DNA of 64,000 nt from positions 1,760,001 through 1,824,000 of the forward strand of contig OY821641.1 in NCBI GenBank assembly GCA_963555995.3. The letters are read 5' to 3'. The notes under the pieces are model-generated. The model was not told the origin of the DNA. It did not search any database and saw only the letters and a list, made by a program, of their open reading frames with translations. Shown piece after piece: positions 35,435-45,956 of this stretch. Source of the stretch: Vicinamibacteria bacterium (GTDB lineage: Bacteria > Acidobacteriota > Vicinamibacteria > Marinacidobacterales > Marinacidobacteraceae). Numbering within the stretch: position 1 is the stretch's first letter; each line of letters starts with the position of its first letter. A program made the position numbers and the translations under genes.

Positions 35435-37240
35435 TCAGGGTGGAGACCGTCCCGCGCCATCCGGCGTCCGAGACCCCCCGACCGCGCGGATCCGCGGCGT
35501 CAGGAAGATGAGCAGCTCCTCGTCGCGGTGGTTCTGCTCGCGTGACCGGAACAGGTGTCCCAGGAGCGGAATCCGGTGCAGGCCCGGGACCCGGCCCCGG
35601 TCCTGCGACTGCTGGGTGGCGAAGACGCCCCCCAGCACCGTGGTGGCCCCGTCGTCCACCCGCACGCGGGTCGTCGCCTGCTGGGTCAGGATGCTCGGAA
35701 TCCCTCCCACCGCCTGACCGAAGTCCAGCGCGTCGTTGCTGACCGTCAGGTCGAGCAGGACCGTCCCCTCGGGGCTGACCTGCGGCGTCACCGTGAGTTC
35801 GAGCACGGCGTCCCGGAACTGCACCGTGACGGTGTTGTTGGCCACCACCTGGACCGGGAAGGTCACACCCTGCTTGATCGTCGCCGGCCGGGCGTTCTGG
35901 GCAACGATCCGGGGAGCCGACAGGATCCGCACCTCACCCCGCCGTTCGGCGGCGCTCAGCGCCAGGTCGAGATGGGCGGCCCCGTTCAGGGCGCCCAGCG
36001 CGAGCCCCAGCGCCCCGGTGGGAGCCCCGCTGATGGGGAGGTTGACGCCGTAGCCCCGGCGCTCGCCGTCCTGGTTCACCGGGGCCGACACGCCGCCGGC
36101 CGGCGCTCCCGTGGAGAACGACGAGCCCGCGCCCCCGATGACGTCCGCCCCGATGCGGACGGACTGCGGCAGCTTCTTCCCGGTGTGTTCGCGGACCAGT
36201 CCCCCGCCCCACTGGATTCCGAGCCGGCGGGTCAGCGTCCGCGTCGCCAGCACGATGCGCGCCTCGATCTCCACGCCGGGCACCGGAATGTCGAGCAGGT
36301 CGAGCACCGACTCGATCTCCTCGATCCGGCTCTCCACGTCGGCCACCAGGACGGTCCCCGTCCGCTGGTCGGCGATGAGCGAGCCGCGCGCGCTCAGGCG
36401 GCTTTCGAGCATCTCCCTCACCTCCTCCGGACGTACGTAGGCGAGGCTGCGGCTGAAGGTCATCAGGTCGCCGGCGAGTTCCCGCGCTTCCTGCTGGCGC
36501 CGCCGCTCTTCGAACTCGCCCGCCAGTTCGGCGGCCGGACCCACCCGCAGCACGCCGTCCTCGAGCACGTGCCCCAGGCGCTGGGAGCGGAGGACGAGTT
36601 CCAGCGCCTGTTCCCAGGGGATCTCGCTCAGCCGCAGCGAGACCCGACCGGCGACCCCGGGCTGGAGCACGAAGTCGAGCCCGCTCACTTCGCTCAGGAC
36701 GCGGAGCACGTCCCGGAGGTCCGCGTCCCGGAAATCGAGGCTGACCCGCGGCCCGGCCGCCTCCCCGGAGGGACCGGCGGCCCGCTCCGCGTCCTCCACG
36801 GGCGGCTCCGGCGGGGCCCGGCAGGCGATCTCGAGGCCGGCATCGAACAGCGAGGGAGTGCAGGCGACGCCCGGGGCGGCGAACACCGTGACGCCCTCCG
36901 ACTCGTCCGCGGAAACCCGCACCTCGAGGACCTCGGGGGTTCCGACCCCCCACGAACCCGCGACCGCCGAGAGATCCACCCCCGGCATCAGCACCTGGAA
37001 GCGGTCCGCGAGCGGTGCGCCCGCCGGCTCCCGCAGCCTCCCGTCCGTGATCAGCCGCAGCAGGGTCTCCCCGGGGCTCGGGGCGACCTCCAGTCCGGTC
37101 ACCGCCGGCCGGGCCGCGGTCACCCGGACCTGCGGCGGCTGGGACGCGGACGCGGCGGCCGGACGAGCCGGCGACCCGACGAGGACAACGAGGGCACCGC
37201 ACGCGAGCCGGAACCCTGCAAGATGTTTCACTGACTTCAT
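35435..37240 (-). CDS. pilQ: Type IV pilus secretin PilQ
   Basis: VSLDFRDADLRDVLR, PWEQAL, VEIEARIV, APRI, LTVTPQ, VPGLHRIPLLGHLFR, ELLIFLTPRI; start re-called at ATG 37240. Confidence 0.93.
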   Translation of the reverse strand: MKSVKHLAGFRLACGALVVLVGSPARPAAASASQPPQVRVTAARPAVTGLEVAPSPGETLLRLITDGRLREPAGAPLADRFQVLMPGVDLSAVAGSWGVGTPEVLEVRVSADESEGVTVFAAPGVACTPSLFDAGLEIACRAPPEPPVEDAERAAGPSGEAAGPRVSLDFRDADLRDVLRVLSEVSGLDFVLQPGVAGRVSLRLSEIPWEQALELVLRSQRLGHVLEDGVLRVGPAAELAGEFEERRRQQEARELAGDLMTFSRSLAYVRPEEVREMLESRLSARGSLIADQRTGTVLVADVESRIEEIESVLDLLDIPVPGVEIEARIVLATRTLTRRLGIQWGGGLVREHTGKKLPQSVRIGADVIGGAGSSFSTGAPAGGVSAPVNQDGERRGYGVNLPISGAPTGALGLALGALNGAAHLDLALSAAERRGEVRILSAPRIVAQNARPATIKQGVTFPVQVVANNTVTVQFRDAVLELTVTPQVSPEGTVLLDLTVSNDALDFGQAVGGIPSILTQQATTRVRVDDGATTVLGGVFATQQSQDRGRVPGLHRIPLLGHLFRSREQNHRDEELLIFLTPRIRAVGGSRTPDGAGRSPP

Positions 37241-37683
37241 CACTCCTCCTCGGGAGCCCCCAAGCGCTCGAGCGGCCGATGGACGGGGCGGTCCGGATCT
37301 CCCTCCAGCCAGAAGACGACGACGCCCGGCTCGATCTCCCCCAGGACCCCGTCCAGCAGGTGATCGCCCGGCGCCGCGACGAACCCCTCTCCGGCAGGGG
37401 ACTCGAGAATCGCCCAGCCGGAAGGATCGGGCCGGGAATCCGAGCCGGGCGGAATCCGAACCCTCACGATTCCCCGAACCACGGCTTCGGTCACCCCGAC
37501 GCCGGCAAGCCCCGGCGGCCGCGGGGTATCGGAGCCGGCCCCCGGGGGCCGGAACGGATCGCGCACCGGTTGCCGCTCGCCCCGCTGGAGCGGGGGGAGA
37601 AGCCGGCCGCCCGTCGCATCCGCCGGTCCCGGCCCGGCGAATCCCGCCGCCAGCAGGACCAGCGGCCACCAGTTCGCGCGCAT
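37240..37683 (-). CDS. pilP: PilP-like protein
   Basis: Signal peptide, RDPF motif, VRGIV, AILESP; position between pilO and pilQ. Confidence 0.72.
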   Translation of the reverse strand: MRANWWPLVLLAAGFAGPGPADATGGRLLPPLQRGERQPVRDPFRPPGAGSDTPRPPGLAGVGVTEAVVRGIVRVRIPPGSDSRPDPSGWAILESPAGEGFVAAPGDHLLDGVLGEIEPGVVVFWLEGDPDRPVHRPLERLGAPEEE

Positions 37684-38273
37684 CACTCCTCCGGACTCCC
37701 GGACGCCGGCTCCTCCAGATCGGGCGTCTCCGGGACGAGGTCCTCGACGGCCCGGACGGTGACCGCGACGAAACGGCACTGGAGAAGGTCGCCGGGCGTC
37801 CGTTCGAGCGTGACCTCTTCCATCAGCACCAGGTGCGGCGAGAGCGAGACCCGTTCGAAGAAGCGCAGGAAGTCCCCGAACGCGCCCTCCGCGACGACGG
37901 AAACGGCGCTCGCCTGGTACCCGTCCAGCCGGTACCCGGGCTCGGGCGCGAAGCGCAGGAACCGGACGCCCGCCGCCGCCGCGGTCGCACCGAGCGACTG
38001 CAGGACGGCCTCCGACTCACCCGAGGTGGCCAGGATGCCCCGAAGCGCCGCGACCCGCTCCTCGACCCGGGCCCGCTCCCCGGCCAGTTCCGCAGCCTCC
38101 CCGGCGTCCGGGCCCGCGGGCGCCGGCGCGTGCAACCGCGCCACCTCCTCCTCGACCCGCTCGGCCTCCAGGACCATCCCCGGCCGTACCCCCAGGCGGA
38201 AGACGGCGTAGGCCAAGACGGCCGCGGCCAGGAACGACCCGGCCCCCGCCCATCGGAACGCGGAGCCTCTCAA
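37683..38273 (-). CDS. pilO: PilO
   Basis: TM + coiled coil + GVRFLRFAP, EGAFGDFLRFFERV; start re-called at TTG 38273 (TTGA overlap). Confidence 0.8.
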   Translation of the reverse strand: MRGSAFRWAGAGSFLAAAVLAYAVFRLGVRPGMVLEAERVEEEVARLHAPAPAGPDAGEAAELAGERARVEERVAALRGILATSGESEAVLQSLGATAAAAGVRFLRFAPEPGYRLDGYQASAVSVVAEGAFGDFLRFFERVSLSPHLVLMEEVTLERTPGDLLQCRFVAVTVRAVEDLVPETPDLEEPASGSPEE

Positions 38274-38890
38274 CGGGACCTCTCTCCCGTCCGGGACAGC
38301 GCTTCGACGCGCTCGAAGGGCTCCGGTTCCCTCGACGCGTAGCGAAGCGACCCGGCGAACGCGAAGCGCTGTTCCGCCGCGTCCGCCGCCTCGCCGGCCT
38401 GCTCGACCCAGAGCAGTTCCAGCCCGTTCATCCGCTCCGTTTCCAGGAGGGCCTCCAGGGTCCGGCCGACAACCGCCGCGGAACTCGCCCGTCCGGTCAC
38501 CCGGAGCTCGGCACCGTCGCGGCGGACCGCTTCGAGAACGACGGCGTCCGGGACCGCGTCCGCCAGCGCCCGGAGCAGTTCCGGGAGCAGGAACCGCTCC
38601 TCGTCCCAGCGGGCGAGGCGGGCCTCCTCGATCCGCAGCCGGCGAAGCCGCTCGCGATCCGCAACGAGACGCTCCTCCAGGCCCCGGCGCTCGGCGGCCA
38701 CGACCCGCAGGCGGTCCCGCTCGGTGCGCGCGCCTTCGAGACGCGTGGTGAGGGAACGGACGTCGAGCCCGATGACCGCCAGCGTGAGGCCGGCGAGGAA
38801 CACGCTCGCCAGCAGCCGGACCCGTCCGGGGAACGCGGCGCTCCCGGTCCTCCTCCGGGACCGCCGGTCGTCCGCGGGCAGGAGATTCAT
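38270..38890 (-). CDS. pilN: PilN
   Basis: MNLLP motif, TM, coiled coil, LADAVPDAVVL; ATGA overlap with pilM. Confidence 0.85.
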   Translation of the reverse strand: MNLLPADDRRSRRRTGSAAFPGRVRLLASVFLAGLTLAVIGLDVRSLTTRLEGARTERDRLRVVAAERRGLEERLVADRERLRRLRIEEARLARWDEERFLLPELLRALADAVPDAVVLEAVRRDGAELRVTGRASSAAVVGRTLEALLETERMNGLELLWVEQAGEAADAAEQRFAFAGSLRYASREPEPFERVEALSRTGERSR

Positions 38891-40044
38891 GCGCGGAGGC
38901 GGGTCCCCGGCCCCTGCTGATCGAGAATCGCCTGGTAGGCGAGCCCGGCGGCCACCGAGTAGGCCGGTCCGTAGCCCGACGGAGCGAGCCGCGCGAGCGG
39001 ATCGAGCACCACCGGGTCCCCGGCGGCGAAGTCGCCAAGACCCGCTCGAACCGCGGGAGCGTGGGCTCCGCCACCGCTCAGGAACACCCGGACCCCGTGG
39101 CGCAACCCGGCCTCGCGCCGAGCTTCGCGCGCCGCCGCCGCGATCCCGTCCTGAAGCACCGCCGCACCCGCGGCCGGGCTCCCCGGCGACCCGATCCCCC
39201 GGTCGCTCCCGGAAGCGGCCGGCCCGGCTCCCGCTGCCGCCTCCGCCGGCGAACCGCCCGCCGCCGGCGCCCCCGCGCCGGGCGCGGGAACGCTCGCCAG
39301 CAGATCGGCCGGAGCGCCCGCCGGGGCGGGAGGACCGGGCCCGAGGCCGGGGCCGGCCAGCGGCGCATCGCCGAAGACGTGGATTCCGGAACGGGAGGCG
39401 CCGATCTCCACGACCGCCAGCGCGCCGGCCTCCCGGTCCGCGCCCGCGAGACGGCCCGCCAACCCGACCGCCGCATGGAGCGCGTACGGCTCGAGTTCGA
39501 TCCGGGTCGCCTCCCTCCCGGCGGCCGCCGCGGCCCGGCAGTGATCGAGGACGATCTCCCGCGGCGCGGCGCCGAAGACGACCGCCCGGAGCCCCCTGCC
39601 GTCCGAGTCGCCCGACGCCGCCTCCGGGTCGGCGGAGGGTGCGTCCTCGTAGTCGAACTCGAGGGATTCCAGATGGAAGGGGATGTGGCGGGCCGCTTCC
39701 CGGGCGACCGCCTCGCGCAGGTCGCCCGGCGCCGTCCCCCGCGCCACCGCCTCGGGCGGCAGGGAGAACCGCTTGACGAGGACCGAACTGCCCCCGATGG
39801 CGAGCCCCAGCAGCCGGCGCCGCACCCGGAGCCGGGTGAGCAGCCGCCCGAGCGCGGAGCCGACGGCGTCCGGGTCGCGCACCGCACCGTCCCAGAGGGT
39901 CCCCGGCGGGAGCGGCTCGAGCCCCGCCCCCAGCAGCGTCAGCTCCCCGCCGTCGGCGGCGAGGGCCACCGCCTTGACCCCGCAGTGCCCGAGGTCCACT
40001 CCGACCCCCTGAAGCGGGCGTCTCCAGTGGACGAGTCGGCGCAC
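38887..40044 (-). CDS. pilM: PilM (actin-like)
   Basis: VGVDLG..GVKAV, EAARHIPF...FDY, VVEIGAS, FLSGGGA, VAAGLA. Confidence 0.88.
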   Translation of the reverse strand: MRRLVHWRRPLQGVGVDLGHCGVKAVALAADGGELTLLGAGLEPLPPGTLWDGAVRDPDAVGSALGRLLTRLRVRRRLLGLAIGGSSVLVKRFSLPPEAVARGTAPGDLREAVAREAARHIPFHLESLEFDYEDAPSADPEAASGDSDGRGLRAVVFGAAPREIVLDHCRAAAAAGREATRIELEPYALHAAVGLAGRLAGADREAGALAVVEIGASRSGIHVFGDAPLAGPGLGPGPPAPAGAPADLLASVPAPGAGAPAAGGSPAEAAAGAGPAASGSDRGIGSPGSPAAGAAVLQDGIAAAAREARREAGLRHGVRVFLSGGGAHAPAVRAGLGDFAAGDPVVLDPLARLAPSGYGPAYSVAAGLAYQAILDQQGPGTRLRA

Positions 40045-40052
40045 ACTTCCCT

Positions 40053-40112
40053 AGACGTAAAAAGCACCGAAAAATTCCCGTTTCGGGCCGAAATGTGGAA
40101 AAGTCGAAGCGA
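40053..40112 (-). promoter_or_regulatory. Conserved ~60 bp element upstream of pilM (putative ECF-type promoter/operator)
   Basis: Minus strand GGAAT-16 nt-CGTCTA; homologous to 8395-8453. Confidence 0.65.
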
Positions 40113-40151
40113 AGCGGCACCAAAAGCCGGGTCGGAACGCTCCGGACCCGC

Positions 40152-41360
40152 CTATTTCGGCGGAGGAGGGTCCGACTCGGCCGCTTCCGCCGGGGGCGGC
40201 AGGAGGCCGCAGCGCACCGGCCAGTCCGCGGACGGGATGACCGGACGCAGCGGCCTGGCGCCGGGGGGCCGGGGCTCGACCGCGGCGGCCGGTTCCCAGA
40301 ACGCGCCGGCCGCAGCGTCGGGACAGTCGGCCCGCCCGTGCCCGAAGTAGTCGTCGCGTCCCGCGTCCACCACCACCTCGTCGTGTCCGCTCCACTCGGG
40401 TCCCGCGTACATGAGGTCCCCGGCGCTGGTCCCGACGTGCGCGCTCGTCTCCAGCCGATCGGGAGCGCACTCCGGCACGGCCCCGAAGACGTGCAGCAGC
40501 TCGTGCACCAGCACCGCTTCGTAGGTGGAGGCCGTCTCCCGATCCTCGCCCACCGCCCGCGGGCTGCATCCCTCCGGGTGCACGAAGGCGACGGCGACCC
40601 GGCCCTCCGCGCTGGCGCTGCCGCAGAGGTCCCCCGAAGGTCCGGCGTAGTACACCGCGTACGCCTTCTCGGGGGAGGTTCCGGGCCCGTCCCGGATGGC
40701 GCCCCCGAGGTCCTCGACCAGCGCGGCGCCCCGCTCCTCTCCCTCCCGGGCCGTGAAGGGCAGGCGCAGGAAGGTCACGTCGAGCCCGCCCCCGGCGGTG
40801 TCGAGCCTGAGGCGCTGCCCGGTCTCGGCCGCCAGCCAGTGCTGGATGGCCGCGAGCGACCGTTCGATGTCGCCGTGGCGATCCAGGTTCCCGTCCTCCG
40901 CGTCGCTCGGGAGCGCATAGACGACGTGGATCTGCGGACCGGCGAGGTCGTCCGGCTGGTCCCGGTCGTGGCGGGGGTTCGGCGCCAGCACCTCGAGGTC
41001 CAGCGCGTCGCCGAACTCCTCGAACGAGGCCGAGACGGTGGCGCGGCCCACGGCGGCGCCGGTCAGCGTCCCGTCTTCCCCGACCTCCACGACCGACGGG
41101 TCCGAGGAGGTCCAGACGGCTTCCACGAGGGCCGTGGCGCCGTCGTCGTAGCGGCCGTAGGCGAGCGCCGGCCCGGTCACCTGACCGACCCGCAGATCGT
41201 TCCGCGCCAGGGTGACCTCGAGGCCCCTCAACTCCTTCAGGGAAACCCGGGGCGTTCCCGGGGTGACCGGAGTCCGGTTGTTCTCCCCCCCGCCGCACGC
41301 GAGACCCGCCAGCAACAGCGACGCCGCCCACCGGGTCGCCGCCGTCCGCGCCGGAGTCAC
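40152..41360 (-). CDS. Lipoprotein with Ig-like domain and zincin metallopeptidase motif
   Basis: Lipobox LAGLAC, WTSSDPSVVEV..DG.LTG...G.ATV (Big_2-like), HELLH; GTG 41360 overlaps tag stop. Confidence 0.7.
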   Translation of the reverse strand: MTPARTAATRWAASLLLAGLACGGGENNRTPVTPGTPRVSLKELRGLEVTLARNDLRVGQVTGPALAYGRYDDGATALVEAVWTSSDPSVVEVGEDGTLTGAAVGRATVSASFEEFGDALDLEVLAPNPRHDRDQPDDLAGPQIHVVYALPSDAEDGNLDRHGDIERSLAAIQHWLAAETGQRLRLDTAGGGLDVTFLRLPFTAREGEERGAALVEDLGGAIRDGPGTSPEKAYAVYYAGPSGDLCGSASAEGRVAVAFVHPEGCSPRAVGEDRETASTYEAVLVHELLHVFGAVPECAPDRLETSAHVGTSAGDLMYAGPEWSGHDEVVVDAGRDDYFGHGRADCPDAAAGAFWEPAAAVEPRPPGARPLRPVIPSADWPVRCGLLPPPAEAAESDPPPPK

Positions 41361-41941
41361 CGGTCCGGGCCGCCCAGCTCCCGGTGCCGGAAGCAGGACA
41401 CCAGATGGTCGTTCACGAGGCCGGTCGCCTGCATGTGGGCGTAGAGGATGGTCTCGCCCACGAAGCGGAAGCCGCGGGCCTTCAGGTCCCGCGCCAGCGC
41501 CGCCGACGCTTCCGAGGCCGCCGGGACCTCGTCGTCGCGCCGCCACCGGTTCACCAGCGGCGCCCCGCCCACGAAGCTCCAGATGTAGTCGCTGAAGCTC
41601 CCGAACTCCCGCTGCACTTCGAGGAACCGCCGCGCGTTGTTGACCGCGGCCTCCACCTTCGCGCGGTTCCGGATGATGGCCGGGTCCGCGAGCAGGCGCT
41701 CGATCCGCAGTTGCCGGAAGCGGGCGACCCTGTCGGGGTCGAAGCCGGCGAACGCCTTCCGATATCCCGCGCGCCGCTTCAGGATGGTGGCCCAGCTCAG
41801 GCCCGCCTGGGCGGATTCCAGCACCAGGAACTCGAACTGGGTCCGGTCGTCGCGGACCGGAACGCCCCACTCCTCGTCGTGATAGCGGACGTACTCCGGG
41901 AAGGTCCCCTCGGCCCACCCGCAGCGCCGCCGCCCGCTCAC
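41357..41941 (-). CDS. tag: DNA-3-methyladenine glycosylase I
   Basis: RCGW, YHDEEWGVP, LESAQAGLSW, IIRNRAK, GFRFVG, NDHLVSC. Confidence 0.96.
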   Translation of the reverse strand: MSGRRRCGWAEGTFPEYVRYHDEEWGVPVRDDRTQFEFLVLESAQAGLSWATILKRRAGYRKAFAGFDPDRVARFRQLRIERLLADPAIIRNRAKVEAAVNNARRFLEVQREFGSFSDYIWSFVGGAPLVNRWRRDDEVPAASEASAALARDLKARGFRFVGETILYAHMQATGLVNDHLVSCFRHRELGGPDR

Positions 41942-42531
41942 GGCGCTTCGGCCGCGTCGTCCTTCCCCTGCTCGTAGCGGAGAATCGCGGGCTCCTGCTC
42001 CAGCAGGAAATCCAGCGGGCCCCGCCCGGTGAGCAGGCACCGGCGTGCGAAGGGGGGCAGCTCGAACCGGGCCGAACCCCCGTCCGGGAGCGACACCGTC
42101 CCGGCTTCCACGTCAATCACGATCTCGGCCCCGGGACGGGAGACGAGCTGCCGGTGGGCCGACGGCTCGATCTCCACCGGGACGAGGCCGTTCCGGACCG
42201 CATTCCCCTTGAAGATGTCCGCGATCGAAGGACTCACGACGGCGGCGAAGCCGTGGTCGGCAAGCGCCCAGGGGGCGTGCTCGCGCGACGAGCCGCAGCC
42301 GAAGTTGGCGCCGGCGACCAGGATGCGGGCCCCTTCCGCCTCCGGGCGGTTGAGCGGGAACTCGGGGCGCAGCGCCCCCGCCCGGTCGCGGCGCCAGTCG
42401 GCGAACAGCGAGGCGCCCAGTCCGTCCGTGCGGGTGCCGGTCAGGAAGCGGGCCGGAATGATCTGGTCGGTGTCCACGTTGTCGGCGGGGAGCACGACCG
42501 TGCGGGAGGCGATGCGGGCCACGGGATGCAT
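41938..42531 (-). CDS. leuD: 3-isopropylmalate dehydratase small subunit
   Basis: NVDTDQIIPARFL, NFGCGSSREHAPWAL. Confidence 0.96.
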   Translation of the reverse strand: MHPVARIASRTVVLPADNVDTDQIIPARFLTGTRTDGLGASLFADWRRDRAGALRPEFPLNRPEAEGARILVAGANFGCGSSREHAPWALADHGFAAVVSPSIADIFKGNAVRNGLVPVEIEPSAHRQLVSRPGAEIVIDVEAGTVSLPDGGSARFELPPFARRCLLTGRGPLDFLLEQEPAILRYEQGKDDAAEAP

Positions 42532-42538
42532 GGGTCGT

Positions 42539-43945
42539 TCAATCCTGGAGGAAAGGCCGGGGATCGGCGACCGCTCCGGCGAGCGCGGAGGCGGCGGCGG
42601 TCACCGGCGAGGCCAACACGGTGCGGCCTCCGGGTCCCTGCCGGCCCTCGAAGTTGCGGTTCGAGGTCGAGACCGCGAGTTCCTTCGGCGACAGCCGGTC
42701 CCCGTTCATGGCGATGCACATCGAGCAGCCCGGCGCCCGCCACTCGGCCCCGGCGCTCCGGAACACCTCGTCGAGGCCCTCCGCCTCCGCCTGGCGGCGC
42801 ACCTTCGCCGACCCCGGGACCACCAGCAGTTGGGTGGCGGGATTCGTCCGGCGGCCGGCCAGCACCCGCGCCGCGGCCCGCAGGTCGGAGATCCGGGCGT
42901 TGGTGCAGCTCCCGATGAAGACCACGTCGGCGGGCCGGCCGAGGAGGGGCCGCCCCGCCTCGATCCCCATGTAGTCGAGCGCCGCCCGCTCTTCGGCGTC
43001 GGCGGGCGCCGGGACCGCCTCCGAGATCCCGCACGACATCCCGGGGTTCGTCCCCCAGGTGACCATGGGTTCGAGCGACCCGGCATCGAAGGACAGCAGC
43101 CGGTCGAAGGCGGCGCCCTCGTCGGTGGGCAACCGGCGCCAGCGGGCGACGAGGCCGGCGAAGGCGTCCCCGGACGGGACGTGTTCCCTCCCTTCAAGGT
43201 ATGCGAAGGTCGTCTCGTCGGGGGCGATCAGACCGGCGCGCGCTCCGGCCTCGATGGACATGTTGCAAAGCGTCATGCGCGCTTCCATGTCGAGCGCCCG
43301 AACCGCCCCGCCCCGGTATTCGATGACGTGTCCCCGGCCCGCCGCGACGCCGAACCGGCGGATCACCCCGAGGATCAGGTCCTTGGCCGAGACGCCCGCT
43401 CCCAGCCGTCCCGAGATCTCGATGCCGAGGGTGCGGGGGCGCTCCTGCAGCAGGCACTGGGTGGCGAGCACCTGGGCGACCTCGGTCGTCCCGATCCCGA
43501 ACGCCCAGGCGCCGAAGGCGCCGTGGGTGCTCGTGTGGCTGTCCCCGCAGACGATGGTGCGTCCGGGCTGGGTGAGGCCGAGTTCCGGGCCGATGACGTG
43601 GACGATGCCCTGCCCGGGATCGCCCATCCGGAAGAGCGGGACGCCGTGCTCCTCGCAGTTCCGCTCGAGGGTCTGGACCTGGTTCCGGGTGGCCCGGTTC
43701 AGGAACGCGGGCCGGCCCTCCACGAAGCGCGTCGGAATCGAATGGTCCACGGTCGCCCAGGTCCGGTCCGGACGGCGGACCCGCAGTCCCCGTTTCCGGA
43801 GCAGGGCGAAGGCTTGGGGCGAGGTCACCTCGTGGATCAGGTGGGTGTCCACGTAGATGACCGCGGGATGGTCCGGGCCGGCCGGGACCGCCTCGTGGGC
43901 GTCCCAGATCTTGTCGAAGAGCGTGCGCGGCTGCTCCGGCGTCAC
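42539..43945 (-). CDS. leuC: 3-isopropylmalate dehydratase large subunit
   Basis: [60 protein letters not shown]; start GTG 43945. Confidence 0.97.
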   Translation of the reverse strand: MTPEQPRTLFDKIWDAHEAVPAGPDHPAVIYVDTHLIHEVTSPQAFALLRKRGLRVRRPDRTWATVDHSIPTRFVEGRPAFLNRATRNQVQTLERNCEEHGVPLFRMGDPGQGIVHVIGPELGLTQPGRTIVCGDSHTSTHGAFGAWAFGIGTTEVAQVLATQCLLQERPRTLGIEISGRLGAGVSAKDLILGVIRRFGVAAGRGHVIEYRGGAVRALDMEARMTLCNMSIEAGARAGLIAPDETTFAYLEGREHVPSGDAFAGLVARWRRLPTDEGAAFDRLLSFDAGSLEPMVTWGTNPGMSCGISEAVPAPADAEERAALDYMGIEAGRPLLGRPADVVFIGSCTNARISDLRAAARVLAGRRTNPATQLLVVPGSAKVRRQAEAEGLDEVFRSAGAEWRAPGCSMCIAMNGDRLSPKELAVSTSNRNFEGRQGPGGRTVLASPVTAAASALAGAVADPRPFLQD

Positions 43946-44478
43946 GTCGCTTCTCCCTTTTCCCGGACGCGCCGGGTGCGCGCCCGGTTCTCCGCGTCCT
44001 TGAGCCGCCAGCGGCGCTCCGCCTCCGAGGAGACCGCCACCAGGACCAGGCCGTTCAACAGTCCCATGCGGGGCACCGCTTCCCAGCCGCCGCCAGGGTC
44101 GAGTTCGCCGAGACGTTCGGCGAGCCGGCCCGGATCGCGCTCGCAACGGACGGCTTCGAGCGCCTCGTCCGAGAAACCGGACAGCGGCGAGCCGCCGTCG
44201 CCAAGCCCCAGGAGGCGGCTCCCCGCCCTCCCGAGGGCCTGCCGCTCGGCGTCCGAGAGCGTCGGCTCCCCGAGACGCCGGGCGCGCGCCTCGGCCCGTT
44301 CGGCGACGAGTTCACGGGCGGCCTTCCGGTAGGCCGCGAAGGAATGCCGCTTCGCGACGAGGGGCCCCAGCAGCGCCGGCAGCTCCCCGGGATCGTCCAG
44401 TCGGGCGAGTCGCGACAGGACCTTGAGCGGCCGTTTCTCGAGCGAGCCGCGGGGACCCGGGCGCTTTTTCGGGGGCAA
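43942..44478 (-). CDS. Hypothetical protein
   Basis: 178 aa helical ORF filling the leuA-leuC gap, stop overlaps leuC start (GTGA). Confidence 0.55.
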   Translation of the reverse strand: MPPKKRPGPRGSLEKRPLKVLSRLARLDDPGELPALLGPLVAKRHSFAAYRKAARELVAERAEARARRLGEPTLSDAERQALGRAGSRLLGLGDGGSPLSGFSDEALEAVRCERDPGRLAERLGELDPGGGWEAVPRMGLLNGLVLVAVSSEAERRWRLKDAENRARTRRVREKGEAT

Positions 44479-44553
44479 GGGGCGCGGAGCCTATACGACA
44501 GTGCGACGGGAGGCGTCTCCCGTCCGCCGATCCGGGAAGCGCCCGCTGCCGTC

Positions 44554-45759
<1,206 letters not shown>

Positions 45760-45805
45760 GTTGGGTTTTCCCGAGGAGGGCCGGAGTCGCGGCGCTCCCG
45801 GCCCG

Positions 45806-45844
45806 AAAGAAGAACGACCCCGGCGACCATGGAGGTCGCCGGGG
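45806..45844 (-). terminator. Intrinsic-terminator-like hairpin upstream of leuA
   Basis: CCCCGGCGACC-tccat-GGTCGCCGGGG 11 bp stem followed by TCGTTCTTCTTT on the minus strand. Confidence 0.6.
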
Positions 45845-45860
45845 CGATACCGCGATGTCA

Positions 45861-45889
45861 ACCGTAGACCCCGGAGGGGGCCATGTCAA
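45861..45889 (-). promoter_or_regulatory. Putative sigma70 promoter for the leu operon
   Basis: Minus strand TTGACA-17 nt-TACGGT. Confidence 0.55.
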
Positions 45890-45956
45890 AGCGCTGGCGG
45901 CGCTTTGCGGTCGAGCCCGGCTCCGGGCGCCTTCCGGCCCCGGACGCCGGTCCGCC

